The position numbers were made by a program, and so were the translations under genes. This document shows, piece by piece, positions 9,688 to 19,646 of a DNA stretch of 64,000 nucleotides. The stretch lies in assembly GCA_041740355.1 (NCBI GenBank), contig JBGSMD010000063.1:32001-96000 (forward strand). The letters are read 5' to 3'. The stretch is from Bdellovibrionota bacterium. GTDB lineage: Bacteria; Bdellovibrionota_C; UBA2361; CALJRW01. Below the pieces are notes generated by a model that ran no database searches, was not told the DNA's origin, and saw only the letters and a list, made by a program, of their open reading frames with translations. How positions within the stretch are numbered: the stretch's first letter is position 1; each line of letters starts with the position of its first letter.

Positions 9688-10506
9688 ATGTTCAAATATC
9701 CCGATTCAAGTGGAGGCATTATGCCCAAAAGCGCAACTTCTACGGATATTCAAAAAATTAGCGATCTCTTAACTCATTATGGAATAAAAACTTACGACGA
9801 TTTCAACTGCCGACAACCTCTATTGGGCAAAGCCTTGGGACTAGACCCACAAGAATCTTACAGTGTTAAAAAAACTATCGCCCGCCTAAGACTATTTCAA
9901 ATCGAACAAGGGATCCAGTTACTCTCCAATACACCAAAGGAATATTTATGCTCAATAATTTTCAATAGAGATAATTTCAATACCAATTACATCGATTCGC
10001 GAGCTTTAGGAAAAGACATTGCGAAAGAAAATCTAGTCATCATGGTCGAAGCTTACCTTCAAAAACATGAAATCACGAATCTAGATCAACTCACAAAAAT
10101 ACATACAAAACTATCCACTGCTTTGGGGCTTCCAAAAGAAGAACGCCGCTCGGGCAAGTCAATCTCGATAGCTTTACTGAAACTTTGCGCCGAAGCTAAT
10201 AACTACCTACTTCCACCTACATTACCAAGCGAATATAGCCCGATTAGTGACCGTTCAAAAAAACTAGCATCTTTTTATTTTGATCCGAATATATTGGGAC
10301 AATTTGCGGAAACAAACCGGGAATTAGCCTTAGTTAAGTATCTTTTGGCTTATCGAATCAATTTTATTTCTGATTTAAATAAAAAACATTCTGCGCTAGG
10401 GTTTTTCTTGGGCCTCTCGGTAGAAGACAGGCGGAATAGAGCCAAACTAGTTGTCGCTCTAAAAGAAAAGTTTAATAATATAGCAAAGCGTTTGGAATTA
10501 GAATAA
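9688..10506 (+). CDS. Hypothetical protein with three internal repeats
   Basis: Three copies of about Lxx(Y/H)xIxxxxD(L/F)...LxxxLGLxxE. Confidence 0.7.
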   Translation: MFKYPDSSGGIMPKSATSTDIQKISDLLTHYGIKTYDDFNCRQPLLGKALGLDPQESYSVKKTIARLRLFQIEQGIQLLSNTPKEYLCSIIFNRDNFNTNYIDSRALGKDIAKENLVIMVEAYLQKHEITNLDQLTKIHTKLSTALGLPKEERRSGKSISIALLKLCAEANNYLLPPTLPSEYSPISDRSKKLASFYFDPNILGQFAETNRELALVKYLLAYRINFISDLNKKHSALGFFLGLSVEDRRNRAKLVVALKEKFNNIAKRLELE

Positions 10507-10578
10507 GTACTAACTTATTCCTTTTCATATTAAGAATTTAAGGCTAGTTTATTGTAAATTATATTCATACCAACAGTA

Positions 10579-11307
10579 GTGTACTTAGAAATAGAATTTA
10601 AATTTTTCATTGCAAATCCCCAACCTTCTTTTCTTGATGATTTAAAAAGTTGTCCCCAAAACAATATACTTTCCCAACATCTTTTTAGTCTTGAGAAGAG
10701 TAAAGAGATTCTAGTTCCTAAAGCAATCGAGCTTAGCGGAGATCCTCAGCTAAATAATGTTGGAGGGGAACTAAAAGGTCGCGTTAGAAGCATCACCCAT
10801 AATGGATTAAAAAAATACATCCTCGGACTAAAAGGTCCAAAAAATGAAAAATTTAAAGAATTAGATATTGTTTCCAAACCTGAATTTGAAGTGGAAATGC
10901 CTGAGTCTGATTTTAGTCTTTTAAAATCCCAAGCAGATTACGGAAATATTGTTAAAAATAGAACAAATGTTCCCTGTTCGGTAAGATATCAAGATCAAAC
11001 ACATCAATTTATTGTAGAATTTGATAATATTTTGGAAGTAAATGGAACTTCTTTGAAATCAAATTTTTTAATAGCAGAAATAGAAATCCCAGAGATAAAT
11101 TCTACTCACCTAATTCAAGTAGTTCGATCTGGGGACATAACTCTACACTTCTCTAATAAAAGTTACGATTTTAGAAAGTTAAATCCAGTAGAGGTTGCTG
11201 TTAATTGCTTAGAAGATTATTCTGACTTAATGGCAAGTCGTAAATTAGTAAATAGTATCGGACCAGAGGGTCCAAGTGAACATTTAAAAAAATATTTTAA
11301 TGAATAA
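10579..11307 (+). CDS. CYTH (triphosphate tunnel metalloenzyme) domain protein
   Basis: N-terminal EIEFKF (ExExK), RVR, LGLKGP, EFEVE, KNR, AEIE. Confidence 0.75.
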   Translation: MYLEIEFKFFIANPQPSFLDDLKSCPQNNILSQHLFSLEKSKEILVPKAIELSGDPQLNNVGGELKGRVRSITHNGLKKYILGLKGPKNEKFKELDIVSKPEFEVEMPESDFSLLKSQADYGNIVKNRTNVPCSVRYQDQTHQFIVEFDNILEVNGTSLKSNFLIAEIEIPEINSTHLIQVVRSGDITLHFSNKSYDFRKLNPVEVAVNCLEDYSDLMASRKLVNSIGPEGPSEHLKKYFNE

Positions 11308-12376
11308 GAATATAGAACTCCTAAATAAAGCGGGCCAATCTATTTGGTATGACAACCTCTCTAAAGACATTCTTGTAAATGGGACTCTTGCTTCCTTAAT
11401 TGCTGAAGGCCTAAGCGGATTAACTAGTAACCCAGCGATCTTTGAACAATCGATTGCTAAGACTAATACTTATCTCTCCGAAATATCTGAACTCAAAAAG
11501 AAAGGACTTCCCGCCTCAGAAATTTGCGATCAGTTGATGATCAGTGATGTCGCGAGTGCCGCTGATTTATTATTACCAACTTATCAAGCTTCTGGTGGAC
11601 TTGATGGATACGCAAGCTTAGAAGTTTCCCCACTCTTAGCTGATAACACTTTAGAAACAATTTTAGCTGCCAAAAATTTTTGGAAAAAATTGAATCGTCC
11701 GAATATAATGATTAAAGTTCCTGCTACTCCTGCTGGAATTTCGGCGATTGAAGATTTAATTGCCTTTGGAATAAACATTAACGTAACATTAATCTTCTCG
11801 CCCCAAATCTACAAAAATGTTATTAACGCCTATCTTGGTGGTCTAGAAAAGAGACTGGAACAGGGACTTGATATATCCAAAGTCCATTCCGTCGCCAGCT
11901 TTTTCATCTCGCGAGTAGATACTTGGTTTGAAAATCAACTAGCAAAAATCCCGACTCTTAATAATTTAGTTGGACAGGTGGGTATTGCCAATGGACTCAA
12001 AGCCTATCAAGTATTTACAGAGAACTTTAGTACTGACCAATACCTTGATTTACAAACAAAGGGTGCTAATGTTCAAAAAATCCTTTGGGCATCTACTGGT
12101 GTAAAGAATAAAACGCTAAATCCCTTACTTTATGTTCAAGAATTACCAACTAATATTAGCGTGGCGACTCACCCACCAGCTCTAATTGATACTATTTTAA
12201 AGGCCGATCAATTTAAATTAACACCAGCAACTTTTGATTTTGAAGATGTGTTTGAGCAATTGGCTAATGCTTCTATAAGCACGGATCAAATGTATCGAGA
12301 ACTGTTACTAGAGGGTGTTGATAAATTTAAAGACTCCTTTAACCAATTGATTCAAGCAATAGAAAAGGCTGCTTAG
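11300..12376 (+). CDS. tal: Transaldolase (large type)
   Basis: GQSIWYDN, GLTSNPAIF, NIMIKVPAT (catalytic Lys), NVTLIFS, SVASFFISRVD, LWASTGVK. Confidence 0.95.
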   Translation: MNKNIELLNKAGQSIWYDNLSKDILVNGTLASLIAEGLSGLTSNPAIFEQSIAKTNTYLSEISELKKKGLPASEICDQLMISDVASAADLLLPTYQASGGLDGYASLEVSPLLADNTLETILAAKNFWKKLNRPNIMIKVPATPAGISAIEDLIAFGININVTLIFSPQIYKNVINAYLGGLEKRLEQGLDISKVHSVASFFISRVDTWFENQLAKIPTLNNLVGQVGIANGLKAYQVFTENFSTDQYLDLQTKGANVQKILWASTGVKNKTLNPLLYVQELPTNISVATHPPALIDTILKADQFKLTPATFDFEDVFEQLANASISTDQMYRELLLEGVDKFKDSFNQLIQAIEKAA

Positions 12377-12408
12377 GGATTCTAATGTTTTAAAATTGAG
12401 TCTTCAGA

Positions 12409-13227
12409 CTAAATAAATAGGAGTAAGCTAACAGCCATCACGCCCATCCCTGCCACTAAGCCATAAATGGCTAGGTGATGTTCCCCATACTCTTTTGCTG
12501 CCGGCAATAATTCATCTAAAGAAATAAAAATCATAATTCCGGCAACAACTGCAAAGAGTATCCCAATGAAACTTGGGTTTGCACCAATGTAGGGCATTAA
12601 AATCAGATAACAGAGTAGCGCGCCACAAGGCTCCGCCAATCCAGAGACAGTAGAATACCAAAATGCTTTCTTTCTGCTACCTGTTGCCTGATAAATTGGT
12701 ACAGAAACAGCAATACCTTCGGGAATATTATGGATGGCAATTGCCATAGCAATCATTAGTCCAACTTGAGGATTATCAAGAGTCGCAATAAAGGTCGCCA
12801 TGCCTTCAGGAAAGTTATGTAAACTAAGTGCTAAGGCACAAAATAACCCCATCCTCATTAGTCTTCTGGCTGGAGCAGTTGTATCAGTTAGCTCCTCAAC
12901 ACTATGAGGCTCATGAGGATTTTCCACATCAGGAATCAAACGATCAATAAATGCTGTTAGTAAAATACCAAAGAAAAATGCGATTACGGCATAATCAGAT
13001 CCCAACGACTTGCCATACTCCGCAATTAAAATATCCTTCCCTTTTACTAGTATCTCAGCGAAAGAGACATAAATCATCACCCCAGCAGAAAATCCGAGAG
13101 CAACGGACAAAAATCTTTTATTGGTAGAATTAGCAAGAAAGGCAATGGCACTACCGACTGAGGTACAGAGCCCTGCAAATAAAGTAACTAAAAAGGCGAA
13201 GGCAATTTGATTAAATGTATATTCCAT
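12409..13227 (-). CDS. zupT: ZIP-family zinc transporter
   Basis: LHNFPEG and IHNIPEG motifs, FSAGVMIY, DELLP, about 8 TM helices. Confidence 0.95.
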   Translation of the reverse strand: MEYTFNQIAFAFLVTLFAGLCTSVGSAIAFLANSTNKRFLSVALGFSAGVMIYVSFAEILVKGKDILIAEYGKSLGSDYAVIAFFFGILLTAFIDRLIPDVENPHEPHSVEELTDTTAPARRLMRMGLFCALALSLHNFPEGMATFIATLDNPQVGLMIAMAIAIHNIPEGIAVSVPIYQATGSRKKAFWYSTVSGLAEPCGALLCYLILMPYIGANPSFIGILFAVVAGIMIFISLDELLPAAKEYGEHHLAIYGLVAGMGVMAVSLLLFI

Positions 13228-13281
13228 ATTTTAGATTTAGACTTAATTGAAAGTTTTGTCAGGTGTATACTGGATAACATT

Positions 13282-13427
13282 GAAAATTACTTTTTGTCAT
13301 AACTATAAAATAAGTCGCCTAAGAGATATTAAGTGCGAAGCACTTGTAGCGACCCTAAGTGGCCGCTCAGGCGTAAATGCATATTTTATAGGCATTTTAT
13401 CTGGGGAAAACAAATATACTAAAACAT
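13282..13427. repeat. Family B half plus family C element
   Basis: gaaaattactttttgtcataactata followed by agtcgcc...ttaagtgcgaagcacttgtagcgaccc...ggggaaaacaaatatactaaaac. Confidence 0.75.
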
Positions 13428-13539
13428 CAAAGCAAATTTTGATTATTTGGCAAAAGATTTCTTTAAACATTTATGAACTACTAGCTTGGGGAGCCCCTCT
13501 TTTAATAACCTTAAAGTAGGATTGCTCAGTAAGCAAAAA

Positions 13540-15138
13540 TTATGACGCTAATTCTAACTCTAATGGCAAAAATAAATGCTGTTTCGGCGGACGCCCCACT
13601 GATAGTGCTAACATATTATCAATTAAATTTTGATGACTCCAGTTGCTTTGCTCTAGCATCACTTTTTTTACTTCTTTCGGGAAGGCTGCAAATTGTTGGT
13701 AGCAATAAGCACTTTCGCTTTGATACTCAGATGCTCGAAGATTTAAATCAATCACATTGTCAGTAGTTAAAGGACGAATACCATCAAATCGATATTTCCA
13801 AATATCTAGAAATTGTGGATGTTGGTCTTTTAAATATTCAGGAAATTGTTCGCGATGACTCTTGGAGAGTTCAACAAACATCACGCACTCTCTTAGATGG
13901 GAGTAAATTGTATGTTTCATCGTACCGATACGCAGGCTTGAGGCCGCAGCTAAGCTGACAGGAAAAGTTTCATCACTACAATTAATTGCTCTCACAACTG
14001 TTGTTAGCGATTGAAATGCGGATCCCAGTTCATCTCTAGCAATTGCAATATCAGAACTATTTAAGTTAGTGAGGACATGCATTTTTGCCTCATGACCTAA
14101 ACCCATATTCGGGTAGAGGATATTGGTTAACTGTGCTTGGATTTTAAAAACATCTTTAGCGCTTTGTAAAAAACGGACATCGCCAGATGTTTGTCCAACT
14201 TGAAATAAAGCAACCCCCATGGAGTTACAACAATCAACAAAGTTAGAGGCATTTTCTTTAATAATTCTGAATAATGGATTTCGTATTTGATCACTGGCAG
14301 GAAATAGTTGTCTCCTTAAATCTGTATCAAAGTTAAAAGGGCGAAGAGGAGCCAATAATGAGTAGATCTCAGGATAATCTTTCATTCCATGTTGTATAAA
14401 TAGCTCAATTCTGGAAGCGACCATAGTCTGTGATAAGCATGCTTGCAAAATTCTTGCATCAGGACTTATATCCAGCCTAAGTTTTTGATAGTACTGATCA
14501 AAAGGATCTAATGCTTGACAGGCAGTTAAATAATTTTTCTTTCGAAAACAATCATAAGCTAATTCAATTGCTTTTTTGAGCATTGGAATGAAGGGGGGAT
14601 TAATTAAATCTTTCAGTTTATCTAGTGAAAAATTAGCTGGCTTTTCAGTTTCAATATTTGTTGCAGGAAAAAGTCTCTTTAAGTCTTGAGCTAAATACTC
14701 CCGAACTAAAAACAAAGGATGGCTTTGAGGTACTTCCGCTGTCTTGGAAAGATAAAATTCAGTCTGATTAAAATATCCCTGATGATAGTTCACTTCTGCA
14801 AGTACTATATTGAAATCTCTTTTATTTTTTAAAGTTGAACATTCTAAACAGGCATGAGTCCAACTCTCAGCTTGTTCAAATTGGTTAAAAATAATTTTCA
14901 GTCTTATATAATTCACTAATGCTTCGCTTTTTTCATTAGGAATACTTTTAGTTATTTGGTCGATCTCTTTTCTTGTTAGGTTGGCATGCGGTTGAATTCC
15001 AAGCTCTAATTCTAAGAGAAACTTCTTTTCCCTTAAGTTATCAAGATCGGCATTAAGAATTGAAGTCCTAGGCAAAGCTGCACTGGAGATGGATGATGGG
15101 ATAATGATGGACTGACCGATGTTAACTTCTTCTGGCAT
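13540..15138 (-). CDS. Hypothetical helical (TPR-like) protein
   Basis: 532-aa ORF; LAEVNYHQGYFNQTEFYL and MGVALFQVG segments are TPR-like. Confidence 0.65.
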   Translation of the reverse strand: MPEEVNIGQSIIIPSSISSAALPRTSILNADLDNLREKKFLLELELGIQPHANLTRKEIDQITKSIPNEKSEALVNYIRLKIIFNQFEQAESWTHACLECSTLKNKRDFNIVLAEVNYHQGYFNQTEFYLSKTAEVPQSHPLFLVREYLAQDLKRLFPATNIETEKPANFSLDKLKDLINPPFIPMLKKAIELAYDCFRKKNYLTACQALDPFDQYYQKLRLDISPDARILQACLSQTMVASRIELFIQHGMKDYPEIYSLLAPLRPFNFDTDLRRQLFPASDQIRNPLFRIIKENASNFVDCCNSMGVALFQVGQTSGDVRFLQSAKDVFKIQAQLTNILYPNMGLGHEAKMHVLTNLNSSDIAIARDELGSAFQSLTTVVRAINCSDETFPVSLAAASSLRIGTMKHTIYSHLRECVMFVELSKSHREQFPEYLKDQHPQFLDIWKYRFDGIRPLTTDNVIDLNLRASEYQSESAYCYQQFAAFPKEVKKVMLEQSNWSHQNLIDNMLALSVGRPPKQHLFLPLELELAS

Positions 15139-15155
15139 TTATCATTTACTACAGT

Positions 15156-15292
15156 TAAACCCTCCATTGAACATTTTTGAAAATATCAAATATAATATAG
15201 GAGGGTTTGGTTTCTACGGCAAAAAATGGCTAGGCCATTATTTTGCTCGCTCACCATGATTCATTTTTTGTCAAAAATGAATCATGGTGGTT
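15156..15292. repeat. Family A structured element, short variant
   Basis: taaaccctcc...ggagggtttggtttctacggcaaaa...ttttgctcgctcacc then stem atgattcattttt/aaaaatgaatcat then ggtgg; related to the 51685 and 58860 copies. Confidence 0.7.
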
Positions 15293-15405
15293 TTAAATTT
15301 ACTGTAGTTGATTTTGTGCCTTACGCAAATGTTTTTTTGGGCTAGTAAGCCCTTGTTGAGCCAACAAGGGCAGATGTATCTAAATCAGCTAAATTTAGAA
15401 AAGTT

Positions 15406-15431
15406 TGGAGGAGAGTGAGGGATTCGAACCC
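15406..15431 (-). repeat. Duplicated 3' end of tRNA-Ser(GCT)
   Basis: 26-bp exact copy tggaggagagtgagggattcgaaccc of 15503-15528. Confidence 0.9.
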
Positions 15432-15502
15432 CTAACGGGGTTTCCCGAATCGCCCAAACTTTAACGGCAATAATTTTTTGCAAGCAAAAAATTAAACCTT
15501 AA

Positions 15503-15592
15503 TGGAGGAGAGTGAGGGATTCGAACCCTCGGTACAGTTTCCCGTACACTCGCTTAGCAGGCGAGTGCCTTCAGCCACTCGGCCAACTCTCC
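15503..15592 (-). tRNA. tRNA-Ser(GCT)
   Basis: GGAGAGTTGGCCGAGTGG...CTCGC-CT-GCT-AA-GCGAG, long variable arm, GGTTCGAATCC, encoded CCA. Confidence 0.97.
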
Positions 15593-15646
15593 ATAGTTAT
15601 TATAGATTTTTAGTACTAAAAATCAGAAATTGTATTCCACAAAAAC

Positions 15647-15734
15647 TGGAGGAGAGGGACGGATTCGAACCCCCGAAGCCTTGCGACTTGCCGGTTTTCA
15701 AGACCGGTGCCTTCAACCACTCGGCCACCTCTCC
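15647..15734 (-). tRNA. tRNA-Ser(TGA), copy 1
   Basis: GGAGAGGTGGCCGAGTGG...CCGGT-CT-TGA-AA-ACCGG, long variable arm, encoded CCA. Confidence 0.95.
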
Positions 15735-15865
15735 TTATAATTAATTGTAGATTTTTTTGACTGATTAATCAGAAATTCTTATCTATGCCAATCTGCCCTG
15801 AATAATCTTTGTAAAATTATTCAGGAGTACCCACCTTTGTTTTTTACGTAAGCAAAAACCAAAAA

Positions 15866-15953
15866 TGGAGGAGAGGGACGGATTCGAACCCCCGAAGCCT
15901 TGCGACTTGCCGGTTTTCAAGACCGGTGCCTTCAACCACTCGGCCACCTCTCC
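15866..15953 (-). tRNA. tRNA-Ser(TGA), copy 2
   Basis: Identical to 15647-15734. Confidence 0.95.
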
Positions 15954-16080
15954 TCAGTTTGGTGAGTTGAAATTATAAAATAATCACTTTAAATGCAAGT
16001 ATTTCAGAAATTTAGCAGTAAAAAAGATCCGTTTTTTGCATTTATCCCTAAATTCTGTTAGAAATGCCAACCTGAATTGT

Positions 16081-16154
16081 GCGCTTTTAGCTCAGCTGGA
16101 TAGAGCGTCTGACTACGAATCAGAAGGTCGGTGGTTCGAATCCTCCAAGGCGCA
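16081..16154 (+). tRNA. tRNA-Arg(ACG)
   Basis: GCGCTTTTAGCTCAGCTGGATAGAGC, TCTGA-CT-ACG-AA-TCAGA, GGTTCGAATCC; CCA not encoded. Confidence 0.96.
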
Positions 16155-16177
16155 TTTTTTTATCTTCAATCTATCTA

Positions 16178-16253
16178 TTGGAGGATTCGAACCATAAAAA
16201 AACACTGCGAATCCTTTTTTCGAGAATCGAAAAAATCCTCCAAGGCGCATTTT
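16178..16253. repeat. Inverted copy of tRNA-Arg T-arm plus direct copy of its 3' end
   Basis: 16178-16194 is the reverse complement of 16132-16148; 16234-16253 equals 16139-16158. Confidence 0.9.
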
Positions 16254-16554
16254 CAATCTTTCGCTGAATAAAGAAAATAATATTAACACTTAGACATCAC
16301 TTTGAAGGATATTTCTTAAAACTACTCTCCAGATTTGCTAGTTTTTGGCAATCAAGGATTATAGCTTTTAATAATTTGCTATCTTTTTACATTCACAATC
16401 GGCATATGAAGAAACTATCAATTATCTTAATATGTTGAATATTTAAAAATACTCATTCTTTGAAGAGTATAGTAAAATCAAGGATGAATTTCGAAAAAAC
16501 TTTTTCGGAATTCCTGTTAGGTTGACTATCTTTGTTGTTTTTAGGCATTCAATC

Positions 16555-18057
16555 CTAGTTTTCCCCTTTCGCTAGTTCTGCAGCAACAACTGGAGTTGCA
16601 AAAGAAGTACCCTCAATTGGATTAGGTTTTTTTCCGCGAATATTAACAAAAGTAGATCTATTTTGTTTTAGAATTAAAGCATTATGCGCCAACTTAATTC
16701 GTATATAATGATTATTAGAATTATTCTCTAAAGCATGTTTAATTGCTATCAAGTCGTAATGACCTTCTTTCAAACCAGCTTTTACTAAAACTTGAGTTAA
16801 TTCTTTTTCCGAAAGGGAAGCATTCTTAGATTGATCATTAATTTGTACAGTAAGCTCCGGTGGTACAACTTTAACTGCGTGCGCAGGTGTTGTCTGCATT
16901 CGCTTGCCAGTTATAATCCATATCTTTGGATTAGCTCCCTCCTCGAAAGCTACATAATAATCCTTATTGGAATACTTACTAGAAGGAATTAAATTTTCTG
17001 TACTTACTTCAGTAACGAGATCTGCACCGAACATTAAATCTGCTGGACGATAAATACCTGTTTTCAAATCAAGACTTTGGTACTGCTTGGCTAATTTTCG
17101 GAGTGTTTCTTGTTCGCAAGCTTGTTGTACTTTCTCCAAAAATTCATCTGGTACTGATGCTAATTCTAAGTATTTTCCCTTAGAGGTAGTTTTTGTCCAT
17201 CTTAGATGAGTTTCGTTATTATCCAACAAACTCATACCACCATTAACAATCTGTGGCTGAATACTAATAGGTCGCCATTCAGTGACCAAAGAATTATCCC
17301 CACTAGCTGGATGTTTTTCACCATGCGAATCCAAGCCACCGACAACTACTGTTCCCGTACCTAAAGTTAATAGATTCAAATAATCACGCCCCATGTTACC
17401 CGCGGCCACAACTGGAATAGTACCACTTCTGGCTAATGCTTCTAGCCTACGAACATTCTTAACTGTATTTGCAATATTGCCTGGAAAATCTGGCTCATTA
17501 TTCGGAAGTGCTTCCAATCGATCTAAGACTTTTGCACTAAGAGATTTAACATTGTCAGAAGTAACCTCCAGACCTATACGCTTGGATAATTCATGAAAAC
17601 TAAGGTAAATACTAATCGAAATATTAATCACCTTAGTGTCTTTTGGAATAGCCTTGATACTATCTACCCCACCATCGAGTGCTACAGCCTTAGCACCATT
17701 GATCTTAACGATGGTAGAGACAAGATCTCCGTGTGAAATATCAGGAAAAGAATCTTGATCCACATCCATCATGTGACTTTTATCTTTTTGAGAAGATTGA
17801 TTGAAGGAAAGTACTGGCGAAGTTTTAAAGTGATCAACGACTACGACTTTGGAGTTATTTGTTTTTTGTAAACCACAACTGCACATTAGAATGGAAGACA
17901 GCAACATTAGTCTTTGATTCAAGGGAGATGTTAGGGCAACGCTTGGTAGCAAGGGGCACTTTTCCAGCGGAGAGCTAGATAATTTGAAATTTATTTGCTT
18001 GCTTAAGTCAGAAATCACAATCGTTATGTTATTAAATATTAGAAACTGGCGAGGCAA
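16555..18057 (-). CDS. S8 (subtilisin-like) serine peptidase, probable lipoprotein
   Basis: VVVVD, SHGDLV, VAAGN and GTSFATPVVA catalytic motifs; lipobox-like LMCSC; true start probably near 17907-17922. Confidence 0.8.
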   Translation of the reverse strand: MPRQFLIFNNITIVISDLSKQINFKLSSSPLEKCPLLPSVALTSPLNQRLMLLSSILMCSCGLQKTNNSKVVVVDHFKTSPVLSFNQSSQKDKSHMMDVDQDSFPDISHGDLVSTIVKINGAKAVALDGGVDSIKAIPKDTKVINISISIYLSFHELSKRIGLEVTSDNVKSLSAKVLDRLEALPNNEPDFPGNIANTVKNVRRLEALARSGTIPVVAAGNMGRDYLNLLTLGTGTVVVGGLDSHGEKHPASGDNSLVTEWRPISIQPQIVNGGMSLLDNNETHLRWTKTTSKGKYLELASVPDEFLEKVQQACEQETLRKLAKQYQSLDLKTGIYRPADLMFGADLVTEVSTENLIPSSKYSNKDYYVAFEEGANPKIWIITGKRMQTTPAHAVKVVPPELTVQINDQSKNASLSEKELTQVLVKAGLKEGHYDLIAIKHALENNSNNHYIRIKLAHNALILKQNRSTFVNIRGKKPNPIEGTSFATPVVAAELAKGEN

Positions 18058-18227
18058 ATTATACTTTATTTTACCTCTTAAGCTAGTCCTTCCATTTCTG
18101 TCTTTTTTAATTATTTTTAGATAAAACTAAATATTATTAAATCTTTGCATAAGCAACAATCTCGTCGTATACTTTCGCGCCTAAGTTATAAAATTGTAAG
18201 CTAGTAATTTTCATCTCCAAATAATTA

Positions 18228-19139
18228 ATGTTCCCCGACAAACATCCCAGAAGTATTGATAATCAGTTAAAAACTGTTCCCCTGACAAATAATATTGCCA
18301 CCCATTCGCAGCTCGCACCAATTTGGAAAGAAGAAGATGTCGGTCTTCGGTATGATGTAATGAGTAGAATTCCTTGGTATGAAATGGTCAACCGACAGCT
18401 AATTTCCTTTGCTAAAATTGAAGAAGGTCACCGAGTAATTGATATTGGATGTGGGACAGCATCTGCCACTAGACTTATTGCCGAAGTTGTCGGTCCAAAC
18501 GGGGCCGTAATTGGAATTGATCCCTCCTCAGAAATGCTGGGACAGGCAAAAGCGAACTGCCAAGATTTTCCGCAAGTACGCTTTAGACAAGGTCTCGCCG
18601 AAAATTTAAGTACAACATTAGCAGATGTTAATTTTCGACCAGATCGAATAGTTGCTTTCAATGCTATCCACCTTGTTTCTGACGCTTGGAAAATGATCCT
18701 TTCCGCCTCAATTCAACTTCACGAAAATAGTATTTTCGCATTCTCGACAGCCTTTTCTAATCAAGCAGTTGATTCACGAGAAGAATTTCAAAAATTGAAA
18801 AAAGTATTCGATAAAATTACAAGCACAGCGAGAAAAGAGTATCCCCAAGAAATGGAAGGATTTAAAAAAAGGTCGACTGCCAGAATTTTAAATATTGCTC
18901 AATTATCGCACTCACTTGAAGCTGCCAGTCTTCATCAAATCAAAAAAGAATTAATACCAATAATTATCTCTAGCGATGACTTGGCTGTATTCCTAACAGT
19001 GCCTGGAGTAATCGATCAGATTCTACCAACTGCTATTCCAACTCTAGTCAGAAAGGCGCTAATCAAACATGCTATCATGGAAGCAGATGTTGAATCCTTT
19101 AATCGCAACTGGCTCTTGATGAGTGGTACTAAAAAATAA
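18228..19139 (+). CDS. Class I SAM-dependent methyltransferase (UbiE-like)
   Basis: VIDIGCGTA, IGIDPSSEML, GLAENL. Confidence 0.85.
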   Translation: MFPDKHPRSIDNQLKTVPLTNNIATHSQLAPIWKEEDVGLRYDVMSRIPWYEMVNRQLISFAKIEEGHRVIDIGCGTASATRLIAEVVGPNGAVIGIDPSSEMLGQAKANCQDFPQVRFRQGLAENLSTTLADVNFRPDRIVAFNAIHLVSDAWKMILSASIQLHENSIFAFSTAFSNQAVDSREEFQKLKKVFDKITSTARKEYPQEMEGFKKRSTARILNIAQLSHSLEAASLHQIKKELIPIIISSDDLAVFLTVPGVIDQILPTAIPTLVRKALIKHAIMEADVESFNRNWLLMSGTKK

Positions 19140-19387
19140 GCTGAGTTTAAAGCTAGACATTTGTTAAAAATTTTATCTCATTTTAACCTCCAGCTGATAG
19201 ATAAATAGACACAAATCATTATTTCCTCTGCAAAACACTTTTTTTGCTGATTTGGCTACTTTCTTCTATTGTATACAAGGCAACACTTAAAAATTACTTT
19301 TTTAATTCAAATCGCTTAGTAGATCTTAATAAGTAACTTTGAAGCGATTCCGAGGAGAGAGAGAGCGCTAAGTCTTTAGAATTTAAT

Positions 19388-19633
19388 ATATAGAAAGTCC
19401 AAAAAGTAATTTACGTAAGAAAATTACTTTTTGGGGCGTTCTATCCCCCGCAAGCGTTATAAAATCATACGGTTATGACAAAAAAGCAAATTAATCTATA
19501 TACTTTTTACGTAATTTATTTTTTGTCATCACTATAATACTGGAGAAAACAAATTTACTAAAATCCAAAATAAGAAAATACGATCAAGATTTTCTAAAGT
19601 AAAAGCAGTTAGGATTAAAGGATTTTAGTAGAT
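19388..19633. repeat. Family B full copy followed by family C tail and inverted-repeat module
   Basis: Matches 3213-3357; then ggagaaaacaaatttactaaaatcc...ggattttagta. Confidence 0.75.
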
Positions 19634-19646
19634 CGAGACAACCAGA

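Noticed and set aside
13247-13519. 90-aa ORF
   Set aside because: It coincides with family B and C palindromic repeats.
15502-15744. 80-aa ORF on the + strand
   Set aside because: It is the antisense reading of two tRNA-Ser genes.
15647-15953. TGA-anticodon tRNAs as selenocysteine or stop-suppressor tRNAs
   Set aside because: Anticodon UGA reads the Ser codon UCA; the 7-bp acceptor stem and D-arm are serine-type.
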